Below the pieces are notes generated by a model. The model was not told where the DNA came from. It did no database searches and worked only from the letters and a program-made list of their open reading frames with translations. A program made the position numbers and the translations under genes. Below, one piece after another: positions 13,353 to 25,247 of a stretch of 64,000 nt of DNA. The DNA lies in NCBI GenBank assembly GCA_964270895.1, contig OZ185440.1, one strand, 5' to 3'. Within the stretch, counting starts at the first letter, position 1. Each line of letters opens with the position of its first letter. This stretch comes from Podarcis filfolensis (lineage: Eukaryota).

Positions 13353-14884
13353 CAGATGGAATTTCTGACCATCAAGGGAGCTACATTATTAATGGGAAAG
13401 CTCTGCCACGGCGGAGACTCTCAATGCACTTCCCACAGAAGCTGTCACTGCTCACAGAAATGAGGCTTTCTGCTGGGTCCTCTGTGTTCCCTTTTGTCAT
13501 CACGTAATGGCAATGGACCCAGTCCAGGTTATTATGAACATAAAGTGGGTTGAGTTTTCTGTGTTACATCGAGCTCCTTGGAGGAATGGCGGGATATAAA
13601 TGTTAATAACTAAATAAAGACAAGTTTTGCTAGGAGATATTGAAGCAAGGATAGGAACAAGATACAAGGCTCCTCCTCTTGGTTAGGCATTTACTGTAAT
13701 ATGCATTTGGGTGGCGAGATGGGTAGTGTCAGCTAAAGGACATTTGCCAAGCTTGTGGTGGTGATGGTATTTGGCCTCCAAGAATATTGTCTGTCTTGAT
13801 CTCTTATGGAACACGACAAAGACTTTAATTCTGGATAACTCTTTCTTCCCTTGAAAGTGTGCAGGAATTTCTGCATGTGTCTGAGTCAAGGAAACGAACT
13901 GAAATCCTTTTTAATCCATGTATATCATAGAGAGGTTTTTGTGTGAGTGTAGCAAATGTGTTATTCAGTGGAGTTTTTTTCTTCCCTTGCCATCCTACAT
14001 TGTAGGTGTTAACAAGCTAAACAGAGCCATTGAACAATTTGAACAATGCACCTCAAGACTCAGCAAGTCAGCAAGGCCTCAGAGGTTGAACCAATGTAAA
14101 AGTCAAGTAATTAAACACTGACTACTTACTGTAAAAAAAATAAGACTGCTGGGAAAGTTTGGATTCCAAAGGTCTAATTTCACACAGAAGATTTCAGTGG
14201 AAATAAAGCCTTTATATTCCACTTGACTTGATCTGAAAGCAAGGGATAAGAAAAAAAGATTAGGAGACCCATTCAACGCTTTCTTTCTGCGGTTGAGCTT
14301 TGGGAGGTGACAAACAGTTACGGGTAATTCACTCAGTAATCTTTTCCCCCAAATGGTATTTAGGAGCCTCCTCAAAATTTGGCTGAACATCTACGGCGTC
14401 ATTCTTCTCACAAAATACAAAGCCACATCCTTTATGTGTTCTTGGCTAAGGATTAAATGTTTTGAGTTCTGGGACATATATAAATGAATGCAGAGTTTGC
14501 AAACACCACGAGGACCATTTCAACTCATCCTGGTACATTCTTCTTCACAAGGTCAAAAGATTATTCCTTGAGACATGTGCTTTTGACTTGTTTCCTTTTC
14601 TTTCTTCTCTCTTTTTTTTAAAAAAAACGTTTTAGCAAAAGTTAAAGAGTTTTTCCTCCAAGCAATCTATCACTCCAGAATGCTAATAGGAAGAAAAAAA
14701 GCTGCATACTACCAGAACCAAAACTATCCCCCAGTTATCTTCTTTTCAACCACCAGCAACCTGCTGTGCCCAGGAGTGGCAGATTAGGCACCAGCCTCAG
14801 GTAGCAGACCCTGAGGATGGTGTCAGTGAGGTTTTGGAGGACAGAGCTATTTAGACTACGTGGTTTGTCCTCCAGCCTCTAAGC

Positions 14885-15020
14885 CAGACATCCCCAACCT
14901 TCGGCCCTCCAGATGTTTTGGACTACAATTCCCATCATCCCTGACCACTGGTTCTGTTAGCTAGGGATCATGGGAGTTGTAGCCCAAAACATCTGGAGGG
15001 CCGCAGTTTGGGGATGCCTG
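14885..15020. mobile_element. hAT-type MITE (136 bp)
   Basis: Long TIRs CAGACATCCCCAACC.../...GTTTGGGGATGCCTG. 8-bp TSD CTCTAAGC (14877-14884) / TTCTAAGC (15021-15028). Confidence 0.9.
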
Positions 15021-15130
15021 TTCTAAGCTGTCCTACTGTCCTCAGAATGATGTTGACCCACCAGAAGTGCTGAAATAAGACTCAGTTGCTACTCTGAAGA
15101 GTTTCTGTATGTGGAATGGGAAAGGGCAAT

Positions 15131-16435
15131 ATCATAGAATCATAGAATCTTAGAGCTGGAGGGACCCAAGGGTCATCTAGTCCAATCCCCTGCAATGCAG
15201 GAATCTCAACTAAAGCATCCATGGCAGATGGCCACCCAACCTCTGCTTAAAAACTTGAAAGGAAGGAGAGTCCACAATTTACCGAGGGAGACTGTTCCAC
15301 TGTTGAACAGCTCTTACTGTCAGAAAGTTTTTCTGTATGTTTAGTCAGCATCTCCTTTCTTGTAATTGAAGCCATTGGTTTGAATACTACCCTCCAGAGC
15401 AGGAGAAAACAAGCTTGTTCCATCTTCCATGTGACAGCCCTTTAGATATTTGAAGATGGCTATCACATCTTCTCTCAGTCTCCTCTTTGCAGGCTAAACA
15501 TACCAAACTCCTTCAACCATTCCATGTCTTTTAATGGAAGAGCACATCCACCAAGTATATCCCCCTTCCACTGAACTAAATGAAGAGGGTGCTTCATGGT
15601 CAGAACAATGATCCAAACTATATAAGCTGCTTAAGCTGTTCAACTGTTCCTCATAAGACTTGACTTCTAGACCCTTGATCATACTAGTTGCCCTCCTCTG
15701 CACACGTTCCAGCTTGTCAACATCCTTCTTAAATTGTGGTGCCTAGAACTGGACAGGGTATTCCAGGTGTGGTCTGACAAAGGCACAAAAGAGTGGTATT
15801 ATTCCTTCCCTTGATATGGATACTATCCTTCTGTTGATGCAGCCTAAAACAGCATTCACTTTTTTTGCTGCTGCATCACACTGTTGACTCGTGTTAAGCT
15901 TGTAGTCCACCAAGACCCCTAGATCCTTTTCACGTGTACTGCTAGTAAGCCAGGTGTCCCGCATCCTATATTTGTGCATCTGGTTCTTCTTGCCTAAGTA
16001 CAGAACCTTACATTTGTCTCTATTGAAATTCATTTTGTTAGCTTGCACCCAGTTCTCTAATCTGTTAAGGTCATTTTGAATTCTGATTCTGTCTTCTGCG
16101 GCATTCGTTTCCCATTTTGGTGTCACCTGCAAATTTGATGAGCATCCCCTCAATTCCTTCACCCAAGTCGTTTATAAAGATGTCAAACAACAAGGGGCCT
16201 AGGACAGAACTCTGCGGCAACCCACTTGTCACTTTTTTCCAGGATGACGAGGAACTATTAATGAGTACTCTTTGGCTTTGGTCAGTCAACCAGCTACAAA
16301 TCCACCTAACAGTTACCTTGTTCAGCCTACATTATCCCAGCTTCCTCGTGACACTATCATGGGGGACTTTGTCAAAAGCCTTACTGAAATCAATATACAC
16401 TATGTCCACAGCATTTCCTTGATCCACCAAGTTTG
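15131..16435 (-). mobile_element. CR1 LINE, 5'-truncated, with decayed ORF2 reverse transcriptase C-terminal part
   Basis: ATTCTATG-type tail at 15131. Minus-strand ORFs 16071-16289 (SGLPQSSVLGPLLFDIFINDL, FAGDTK; RT motifs GVPQGSVLGP and FADD mutated) and 15743-16162 (KCKVLYLG, EKDLGVLVD, RPHLEY). Confidence 0.95.
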
Positions 16436-19427
16436 CTCATGGGTGGACACCCATGCTAGAAAGAAAAGATTCACCACCTCTGCACTAAACCATAGTCTAC
16501 CAGTAAATGAATCTACATATTTTAGTGTTATATCTAAGCCAGACCTGGATCTTCACAGAAAAAAGTTAAACGATTTACTGAGGCTATGCAAGCATTCATC
16601 TCAGTAGTGTTTTGGCTCCTGGCTCTTGCTTTCAAAACAAAATTCTTTATTTTTACATGGAAAACTACTGCATGGAGGAAAAGGTGCCCCAAATTTCTGG
16701 GCACTGAGAACTGGTTTGTTTTCATGTGATCACACCTACTGAAATCCAAACATACTATTGCTTCCATTAGACACTTCAGCAAAAACATCCATATTGCTGG
16801 ATGAATTTTAAACATAGCTGCTGTTCCATGAGTTAGATAAATAAGACTTTAAAATAATTTCTCACTCTCTTTTCAAATGTATACTCTAATCTCTGAAGGT
16901 TAGAATCTTGAGAGGAAATGCAATATTTAACAATTTGCACAGAGATTTTCCCTTTTTTTTTTGTTCCTCACTCAATCATTAGAGTACCGCTTTTTCCGGA
17001 GTTCACTGTTGATGTAATTATAAGGTATTCAGAAGGTGAACGGTGGCTTGGGAACAAGAGAGATTAATTCTTAGAACTGTATGCTGTGTTTTGACAGTTG
17101 AATTTAAGATATTTCAAATATAAAAAATAAGCTGATTCATTATATAAAAATGGATCTACAAAGAGGTTATCTTTGCCAAAAGGAAATTAAAAAGAAACAG
17201 TGATGTGGAAGGCATTATGAAAATTGAAGGTGAGACTATATCAAGAGGAAGGAAAGATGGTGTGTGGCTACCTCATGGGTCTCAGGGGATTCCAGTTCAA
17301 TTTTGTGGTGAGATGTACACATCCTCTGTGACCTTGGTCAGTTAACTTACAGATTCAGGCCTGCAAACTGGAATTCATGCATTTGTAATCTCCAAACTTG
17401 ACTACATTATATATTCTGTATGTAGTCTTGGAAGACCAGTCATAGTCTACAGGGCAAATAGTTGAATTTCTTCTGAGAGGAAGGTGTTTGTGGAGCACTG
17501 GAGTGTATTTGTCACACCGTAGCAGACTCGGAACAACAGGCCAGACATCAGGCAGTGGGTGAAACTTTCAAAACATGGGATCCACACTGAGGCAGCTAGC
17601 TTTAGGGAATATTTTCAGTAGGGGGAGATGGTGTTGCTTCATGCCTTAAGGGAGAAGAGAAGTGGCTGGCAGGAACTCAGTTACACTACACAGAATGTGG
17701 CTGGAGAGGCCTGGGTTTTCAAAGACATGCATGCTCAGCCTTGACCATGGCAATGACCTCTATAGTGGATGGGAGGCGGGGCGTCCCCTCTCATCCTCCT
17801 AAGACCATTGTCACAGGCAGGGCAAGAGGCAGGAGCAGATTTTATTTAAACCAGGGCATGATGAACAGGTGGTGATGGAGTGGATGTTGCCACTGAATGG
17901 AAGAGGAGGGGAGTTGTGGAGTGCCACAAGAGTGAAGACTGACATGATAAAAATATGAGGCCAATGAAGGAGAAGAGCAAGGGGGTGGGAGATGCACTGA
18001 GCCCTCCTAGGCAGCTTTTCACATGAGGCTAACATTGCAGTGAAGGAAGCCACACTCATCATCCAATATGCAGGCTGGCCCAGCTCTAGTAACAGATATC
18101 AGATGGGCAGGATTGCAGAGCCTGCAGAGAGAAACTTTTTGGAAGCCCTGCAATATACGGTTTCCCTCTCCAAATCACACCTGCCTTACCAGAATGAGAA
18201 ACATGTTGTTAGTATTATAGATAAGAGGGTTTCTTTCCCCATTTCCTTTGTGTATTGGAAAACCTTAAAAACATGTTTCCTTCACTTTTGTTTCTTTGTA
18301 CTGGTGTTAGTTTGCTAAAGTGGGGGGGGGGGAGGAATCGTAACCAATTGATTGATAGCATTTGGTAGAAGAGGGGGAGGGAAGCCAAAATCCAGTGGAT
18401 TGTGACTATTCAATACAAATACATCCGCTTACACGTGTTACTTCCAATTTTGTTTCCAAATATACAAAACCAATTGTAACTGTGGTAACAATGAAATATT
18501 TTTTTTTACAACTTTTCTTATTCAGATAAATTTTGTGGGTTTCTGCTCACCAAAATCCAAGCCACCTTCCTGCTTCTCTTACTATTCAGTGTGTGTGTCC
18601 CCATCGCCAACTCACTGGGTGTGCCATAAGCTAAAGCTTTTTAAAGTTCACAGAGGAACAAAGAGTTTCCTTCATATAATCATAATGAAGCGAGGGCAAA
18701 TGGTATGAAAATAAACCTCTGCTTCAGTATTGTTGTAAACTCATGGCAGGATTAAGGGTGAAGAGCAAATGTTTAAATACACACAGACACAATTAGCAAA
18801 GGCAACAGGAGAAATTATTAAAGATAACTAAGAGAAAGTGGGTGCATGTTTTAAAAAAGAAAAGGGAAGGCATGCTGGCTCATAAGAAAAATAAAAAAAC
18901 CCCACAATAGGGCAATACCTTTATTAGGCAAACTAAAACCTCACAAAAGAATCTGAAAGCTTTCAGGCTTTCCAGAAGTATTCATCAAGAAATGTTTCTC
19001 CCCTGCTTCTTTGCTTTGTTTACCCTAATGAAGATTTCTAGAGAACACACACTAGACTCTGCACACTAGACTGGTTGGCCTAATAGTAAATACATCTACT
19101 GTTAGGGTGGGAAAGATTATCTGAAAGCCTTGAGAGTGTGGGAGGAATCTGCCAGCTCCCTACATGTTCTGACTGAATGCATGCCCCAAGTGACTGGAAG
19201 GGACTATGGATGGGAGATACTGTAGATGTGGAAGAGAAGCAGCAGTTAGCTTTTGTACGCAATGCCGAATAAATCTTTTCATATAACAACCTAAAATATC
19301 CTGCGGCAAGGGCATGCTGCTGGGTGCTGCAAGCTACCATCTTGCTCCCATATGCTATTTACCATCGACGTGAAGCCATGGGGAAAAGTCATTAGGAGAT
19401 TTGGGGGCAAGGTGTTATCAGTATCAA

Positions 19428-19704
19428 AGAATTATAGAATTGGAAGGAACCACGAGAGTCCTCTAGTCCAGTGTTCCCCAACCTTGGGCCTCCAGCTGTT
19501 TTTGGACTACAATTCCCATCATCCTTGACCACTGGTCTTGCTAGCGAGGGATGATGGGAGTTGTAGTCCAAAAACAGCTGGAGGCCCAAGGTTGGGGAAC
19601 ACTGCTCTAGTCCAACTCCCTGCAATGCAGGAATCTTTTGCCCAAGGTGGGGCATGACCCTGAGCTTAAGAGTCTCATACTCTACTCACTGAGCTATCCC
19701 AGCT
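19428..19704 (-). mobile_element. SINE with tRNA-derived head and CR1-like tail (Squam2-like), interrupted by a hAT MITE
   Basis: Reverse strand: AGCTGGGATAGCTCAGTGAGTAGAGTATGAGACTCTTAAG head, then CCTGCATTGCAGGGAGTTGGACTAGAG...CCTTCCAATTCTATAATTCT CR1-like tail. Confidence 0.85.
19469..19604. mobile_element. hAT-type MITE (136 bp) nested in SINE
   Basis: 52-bp TIRs with one mismatch, starting CAGTGTTCCCCAACCTTGGG. Perfect 8-bp TSD CTCTAGTC at 19461-19468 and 19605-19612. Confidence 0.95.
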
Positions 19705-19781
19705 AAATATGGGGCAGATGAGGGTCAAGTAAATGAGGTGCTGTAGGCAAGCAGTTCCTAGGTTCAAATAATTGGTCAATT

Positions 19782-20357
19782 GTTAGCTTTGGATGGAGTC
19801 CTCCTCTCCCTGATGGAGCGTATTTGTAATCTGAGTGTGTTCTTAGATCTATCACTAGATCAAGAGGCCCTGGTGTTGTCAGTGGCTAGGAACTTCAGGT
19901 GGGATAGCCAAACCACTAATGCACTAGTAACTTCCAGATTGGACTGCTGCAATGTACTCTTTGTGGGCTTGACTCAGAAGGTTCAGCTGGCTGAAAACAT
20001 CGGTGTTTCACCACTTACTGAAGCAGACTTTTCACCATCATGTTACACTGCTGTAGAAGGAACTGCATTGGCTGCCAGTTAGCTATGAAGCTAAGTTTCA
20101 GGTGCTGGCACTGGTGTGTAGAAAACCCTATGAAGCTTGAGACCAGGATACATTAAAGATTGCCGCATGCCTTACGTGCCCAACCAACCACTGTGAAATG
20201 CAGGAGGGGGGCCTCTACAGATAATTTCCAAATGATGTAAGAATCAAAGCTTTAGCTTGGTGCCTCCTGGCCTCCTCTCATTACATATTACACTGGCTCC
20301 CTCTCTATTGTGTCTCCAGTGCTTATTTAAGATGTTCCTTTTCCAACAAGCCTTTTA
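19782..20357 (+). mobile_element. L2-type LINE 3' fragment, decayed ORF2
   Basis: ORF 19780-20082 contains LDGV...NLSVFLD and ALVTSRLDCCNVLF (L2 motif ALVTSRLDYCN). Followed by a GAACTGCATTGGCTGCCAGT (ELHWLP-type) block and a 3' end CCTTTTCCAACAAGCCTTTTAA. Confidence 0.8.
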
Positions 20358-20859
20358 AGTGGACATTTTTCATCCCAATGCTTTGGATCTGAATTGTTGT
20401 TATGTAGGAAATTGCTTAAATTGCTTGTATATAGGGAATGTTATTAATATAGGAAATGGTTGGGACATTGTGAAATATGTGCATGTTTTTCAAGTTTTCT
20501 CTCCTCACACATCCACCCACATGCTTGTGCTTGGCCTACACGTATCAGCAGGAGTTTAGTAGTTTGAAGTGGTACGTGGTGCCAAGGCGTCCTCCCAGAA
20601 AGGGGTATCTGAAGAAGCCACAGAACTTGCTGTGTTTCATATACTGCCATTGTCTAGCATTTGTGCCAGAATAAGTTGGCTTAGCAAACTTGTGGAGTAG
20701 GCAACAATCCATTTCAGCAGATGGAGGGGAGAACAGGAGACCAAAAGAACAGAGCATGCAATTCCAATGTGACTGCTGAAACAAATTTGCCATTTGAGAG
20801 TTTGGAAGTACCTTCTTGTCCTTTATACTAAGCTTGTCTGTTTATCTCCTTTTTTAAAA

Positions 20860-21063
20860 AAAAATCCCATCCTTTCTCTACGGAGCTCAGGGAGCATTAT
20901 TAGATTCCATTCTTCATTTTATTTCCGCAATAGCCCTATGAGGTACGTTGAGCTGAGACCATGTGACTGGCCTAAGCTCACTCAAATCAACTTCATAGCT
21001 GGGTGGGGGTTTGAACCAGGAACACTCTGATCCGAATTCATCACTCAAGCCGCTGCACAACAC
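20860..21063 (-). mobile_element. MIR/Ther1-like (Squam3-like) SINE, diverged
   Basis: CCCTATGAGGTAC...GTGACTGGCCTAAGCTCAC...GGGGTTTGAACCAGG matches the reverse of the SINE core and head. Confidence 0.7.
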
Positions 21064-21621
21064 CCACTCTCTCCCTTTCCCCAAGGCCACCTAATGAGCT
21101 TCATGGGTAAGGAGGCGTTTATTCCAAAGACTCATCCAAATATGACTGAACATTCATGTGAATGTTTTAATTAGATAGCAAAAATTAGCAGACATACACA
21201 GTGGCTGCTGAGGGCTCAGAAATTGCTGGGGTCCTTGGGCAAGAATTCCTATATTCTTATGTCTCTTTCGAATGGCCTCATGCTTATCTTTACTACACAT
21301 GTCATAGCCCAGATACCCCACATCCAGCAAAATACAACTTTTGCAAAGAACATACATTAGATTAATACAGTATATTAATGGACCATTCTTCTGCGTCCAA
21401 CCAGTTCATGATATCTTCCCACCACATCTTTTCCATACAGATGGATACATGCATGTGCATCGCTCAACACCTGAACCCTTTTCAGCTACCAAAAAGTGAG
21501 TGAATGAAGATGAGAGTGAACTAGTCTTTCCACTCCCTCATCTATCAATTGGCTACTATTCCTTCTTTAGAAGAGCAGATTACAGTGCCCTAATTTAGAA
21601 TTCTGGATGTGATCATAATAA

Positions 21622-21790
21622 TGTAAGAAGGGCCTGCTGGATGAGGCCAATGACATATCTAGTCCACCATCCTGTCTCATAGTGGCCAAACCAGGTGCCT
21701 TTGGGAAACCTGAAAGCAAGACTTGAGTGCAAGAGCATTTTCCCCTCCTGTGGTTTCCAGCAGCTGGTGTTCAGAAGCATTGCCATCTCT
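21622..21790 (-). mobile_element. CR1 LINE 3' end (second subfamily)
   Basis: GTAAGAAGGGCCTGCTGGATGAGGCCAATG...CTAGTCCACCATCCTG...GGTTTCCAGCAGCTGGTGTTCAGAAGCATTGC. Overlaps in reverse complement with 8135-8400. Confidence 0.7.
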
Positions 21791-23071
21791 AAAATATGCT
21801 TTGACAGATTTGAACATGTGCAGGCTGTGCAGAAGAGAGCTTCACCATTCTCATCAGTAAAGGCAGCAGCTACATTAAAATAGACCTGTGTCCACAAAGT
21901 TCCCCAACCCAGTTGAAATTAACGGGAAAGCTATGTTTACAAACTGGAGCCTCTGTGTCCTCAAGGGAACCCTTGGAATGGAGGAAACAAAATCCTTTGT
22001 GTTCATGCTCAGCCACTCCGATGCATATTTATCAGATATATTAAAAAGCATAGAGTTAAAATATCAGGTGAGCGGGGTAATTGTGATGATCAGGTTCCAG
22101 AATTAGAATCAGGTGTTTGCAAATGCAAAAAAAAAAAAAAGTGTTACTGGAAAGATAAAAGTCTGGGTTTGGTGGATAAAAAGAAGAAGAAAATCCTCTG
22201 AAGTATTATCTTTTAGCGTTTCGAGGGGGGAGAAAGTCCTTGCAGGAGTGGGTGGGGGGAAGTAGTTTGCTTTTTAAATGAGTTCAGGTGGAGACAATGA
22301 CATAGCCTATAGCTCCCAGTTAGGAAAATAACCGAACTGTGATGCATATCTGCATTATCAGTAAACAGAATACCTTTCTTATCATAGTCTGCAGCACAAT
22401 TCTTTGATCTTTGCTACTTTTGTTAGACACACCACTGTGGTCTTGGTTAAAATATTTCCACTGTTTTGAAAGTCTTTACTGCTTTAGAAGATCTTGTGTA
22501 ACTGCGTAGAAATATCCAGACTGACCCAAGCTTCAGTTAATGTAGCACTGGGGCATATTTTGATTAGTATTTAGTTCAGAAAAGAAAAAAAAGGAAGTAG
22601 AGGGGAGAAGGAGAAATCTGTGGGCAGAAACAATATTGCAAAGAGAGAAATTTGTTTCATTTGAATAGGCTGCTAAGGGCAGAGTTTGTAAATGAAAACG
22701 TACTTCTCAAAATGCCTAAGGGTTTCAATCACCGCCTTTGAATAAGGATGTAATGCTGTTCTATTGAAATCACTGGGAGCTTTGCTGCTGACTTTAATAG
22801 AACCAGGATTCATGGAATGGTAGCTTTAATCTTATGTCATGGAGGTAGCCCTGGATTAACCAATGGGAACTGCATGGGGCTAATTTCATGAATTTTGTAC
22901 TCAATAATTCTATGTCAAGAAAGTGACCCAGTGCTGAAGATATCACCAGAAAGTGGTAAAATTAGCTTGATATATAGCCAGAGCTCAAGATAGGGCGAGA
23001 GACCTTTAATGTAATCCAATCACTTATCATGGATAAGTGATCACCATACGCTATGTGGATACTTTTCATCT

Positions 23072-23437
23072 GTTGTTTAGTCGTTTAGTCGTGTCCAAGT
23101 CTTCGTGACCCCATGGACCAGAGCATGCCAGGCACTCCTGTATTCCACTGCCTCCCGCAGTTTGGTCAAACTCATGCTGGCAGCTTCGAGAACACTGTCC
23201 AACCATCTCATCCTCTGTTGTCCCCTTCTCCTTGTGCCCTCAATCTTTCTCAACATCAAGGTCTTTTCCAGGGTGTTTTCTCTTCTCATGAGGTGGCCCA
23301 AGTATTGGAGCCTCAGCTTCAGGATCTGTCCTTCCAGTGAGCACTCAGGGCTGATTTCCTTCAGAATGGATAGGTTTGATCTTCTTGCAGTCCATGGGAC
23401 TCTCAAGAGTCTCCTTCGGCAACATAAGGAGGAGGAA
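23072..23437 (-). mobile_element. BovB (RTE) LINE 3' fragment with TSD
   Basis: Minus ORF 23077-23406 (RVPWTARRSNLSILKEISPECSLEGQILKLRLQYLGHLMRR). GTTGTTTAGTCGTTTAGTC tail. 11-bp TSD ACTTTTCATCT at 23061-23071 and 23438-23448. Confidence 0.93.
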
Positions 23438-23541
23438 ACTTTTCATCTAGTCTCATATATTAAGAAAAAAAATAACCCCAAGGAGAATCTTCAAGGAATT
23501 ACATATGAGGATAGAAGAGATCTCAATGCGTTATACTATAC

Positions 23542-23680
23542 CAGCCTTCTCCAACCTCGTAACCTCCAAATGTTTTAGACTTTAGACTACAACTCCCGTA
23601 ATCCCCGACCATTGACCATGATAGAGTTTATGGAAACCATAGTCCAAAACATCTGGACAGCAGCAGGCTGGAAAAGGCTG
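23542..23680. mobile_element. Degraded relative of the ~136-bp hAT-type MITE
   Basis: CAGCCTTCTCCAACCT...GACTACAACTCCC...AGTCCAAAACATCTGG...AGGCTGGAAAAGGCTG. Confidence 0.7.
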
Positions 23681-24489
23681 CTGTACACTAAATGATCCAT
23701 TTAGACATTGGACCTACCTTACTCTGAATATTCCAGGGCATTTCTGGTAAAGCATATTGCTCCATGATCTCTGGGAACTGTGACCCTAAATCACAGGACT
23801 GAGCAGGGCAGGGCAGGGCAGTTGAGGAAGTCCTCTCCTGCTCCAGCAGTAGCCCCATTGCCACTTACTGGGATGGTATGGGGTGTGGGTCTAGTAAACA
23901 GTGTCGGCCCAACAGCAGGTGCACCAGATTAACTCCACCAGTGTGCCCCCCTCCCCATCTCACTGTTTAAAACATTTTCTTCTTCAGAATCACCATTAAT
24001 AAATTCCACAGATGCTTTGATGGAGATACATTTGTTAAATGGACGGCTGATTCCAATAGTACATTAGAAGTCCCAGGTGAATGTATGAAATGCAGGGGTT
24101 TCAGAAGTGGGAAAGTAATTTCTACTTTTCTTGTGGACAAAAATCCCATTGCAGGTGTTTTTTGAAGTAAGAAAAATGAAGAAAACCCATTTCCCCCCTA
24201 TTTCTAATTATCTTGTTATTAGCAACAGCTTCCAAGATTCAACAACCTGCCAATACAGGTCTCCTAATATTTAATATGATTCTGCTTTCATTTATGTCTC
24301 CCTGGTAGGTAGGCACTTCAATTTAAATGAGCTCTTCCGAAGAGACGGGCTCAAAGGATTATATACATGCACACAAGTGTTGAAAGAAGGCATATCCTAA
24401 CCTTTAATTATGAATCACACACTAAGATTGTGGCGATGGGGGGGGGGGAGCCTAGCAGCGCAATCCTATAAATATCTACTCAGAAGTAA

Positions 24490-25247
24490 TTGCGTCGACA
24501 CCCAGAATAAAAGTCAAAACACACATTGCTGGATTGAACCGGGGCCAAAACTTTATTAACTTCTAACAGCAAGGAGATGTGCAACCAAATTTAATGAAGA
24601 GCTTAACTGCGCGTTATCTTAATGACATGATTAGCAATCACATTGTGGGGTGTGTTTTTTTTGAAATTAAATACCGGGTCGGGGTAGTGATGGTAGTGTC
24701 ATCAGCAGCACCGTAACACATAGGAAAAAGAGGTTTTAAACCTTTCTTTGCCAGTCACAATCTCATTAAAAATCAGCCTACCACCCACCCTTGTGCCAGT
24801 TAGCATTACAAAAACATCTTCAATTGACAGCCACAAACACCTTCGGTTGCTAATCATGTTGTTTATGTAACATACCAGTTGGGGCTTCAAAGTGAGCAAC
24901 ACCCTAACCTGCCCAGCACCCCAAATTACGGGTAAGTTTGCCCTGACTGAAGAGTCTGAGAAGCAGTGCCTAGTCCACTTCCACTCCTATTTACAATGAG
25001 AGAGGCTTCTCCCTTTCACAAATCCCAGGTGTCTTGGAACTCTGAGTGTGTCATGCCAATAAACCGCAGAAGTATTTCGCTCCCTGGATCCCAAAGCTCT
25101 GAACTCCAGGTCTGTTGCAACTCTTTTCATCTTCGTTGTGCCCCTCAGTGCCCACGATTAATTTATTTCTGCTCCGTATTAGCTGTGTTTGGTGATGTTT
25201 AAAAGTGGGGATGAGAGCAGGGGTGTGCATGCAAGCCCCCACCAACA
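24490..25247 (-). mobile_element. Possible solo LTR of a more distant family (3' end clear, 5' end tentative)
   Basis: Minus strand ends AATAAAGTTTTGGCC...TTTTATTCTGGGTGTCGACGCAA, like the 3' end of 36517-37300. A candidate TGTTGG start at 25247 gives about 758 bp. No TSD found and the internal stems of the main family were not found. Confidence 0.4.

Noticed and set aside
16990-17070. CpG-containing segment with an open minus-strand frame (HRSPSEYLIITSTVNSGKSGTLMI) and a GTGAGG donor
   Set aside because: Peptide not recognised and no supporting evidence.
19650-19704. tRNA-like sequence (also 39828-39900 and 45140-45212)
   Set aside because: These are SINE heads fused to LINE-derived tails; no complete cloverleaf or Pol III terminator of a real tRNA gene.
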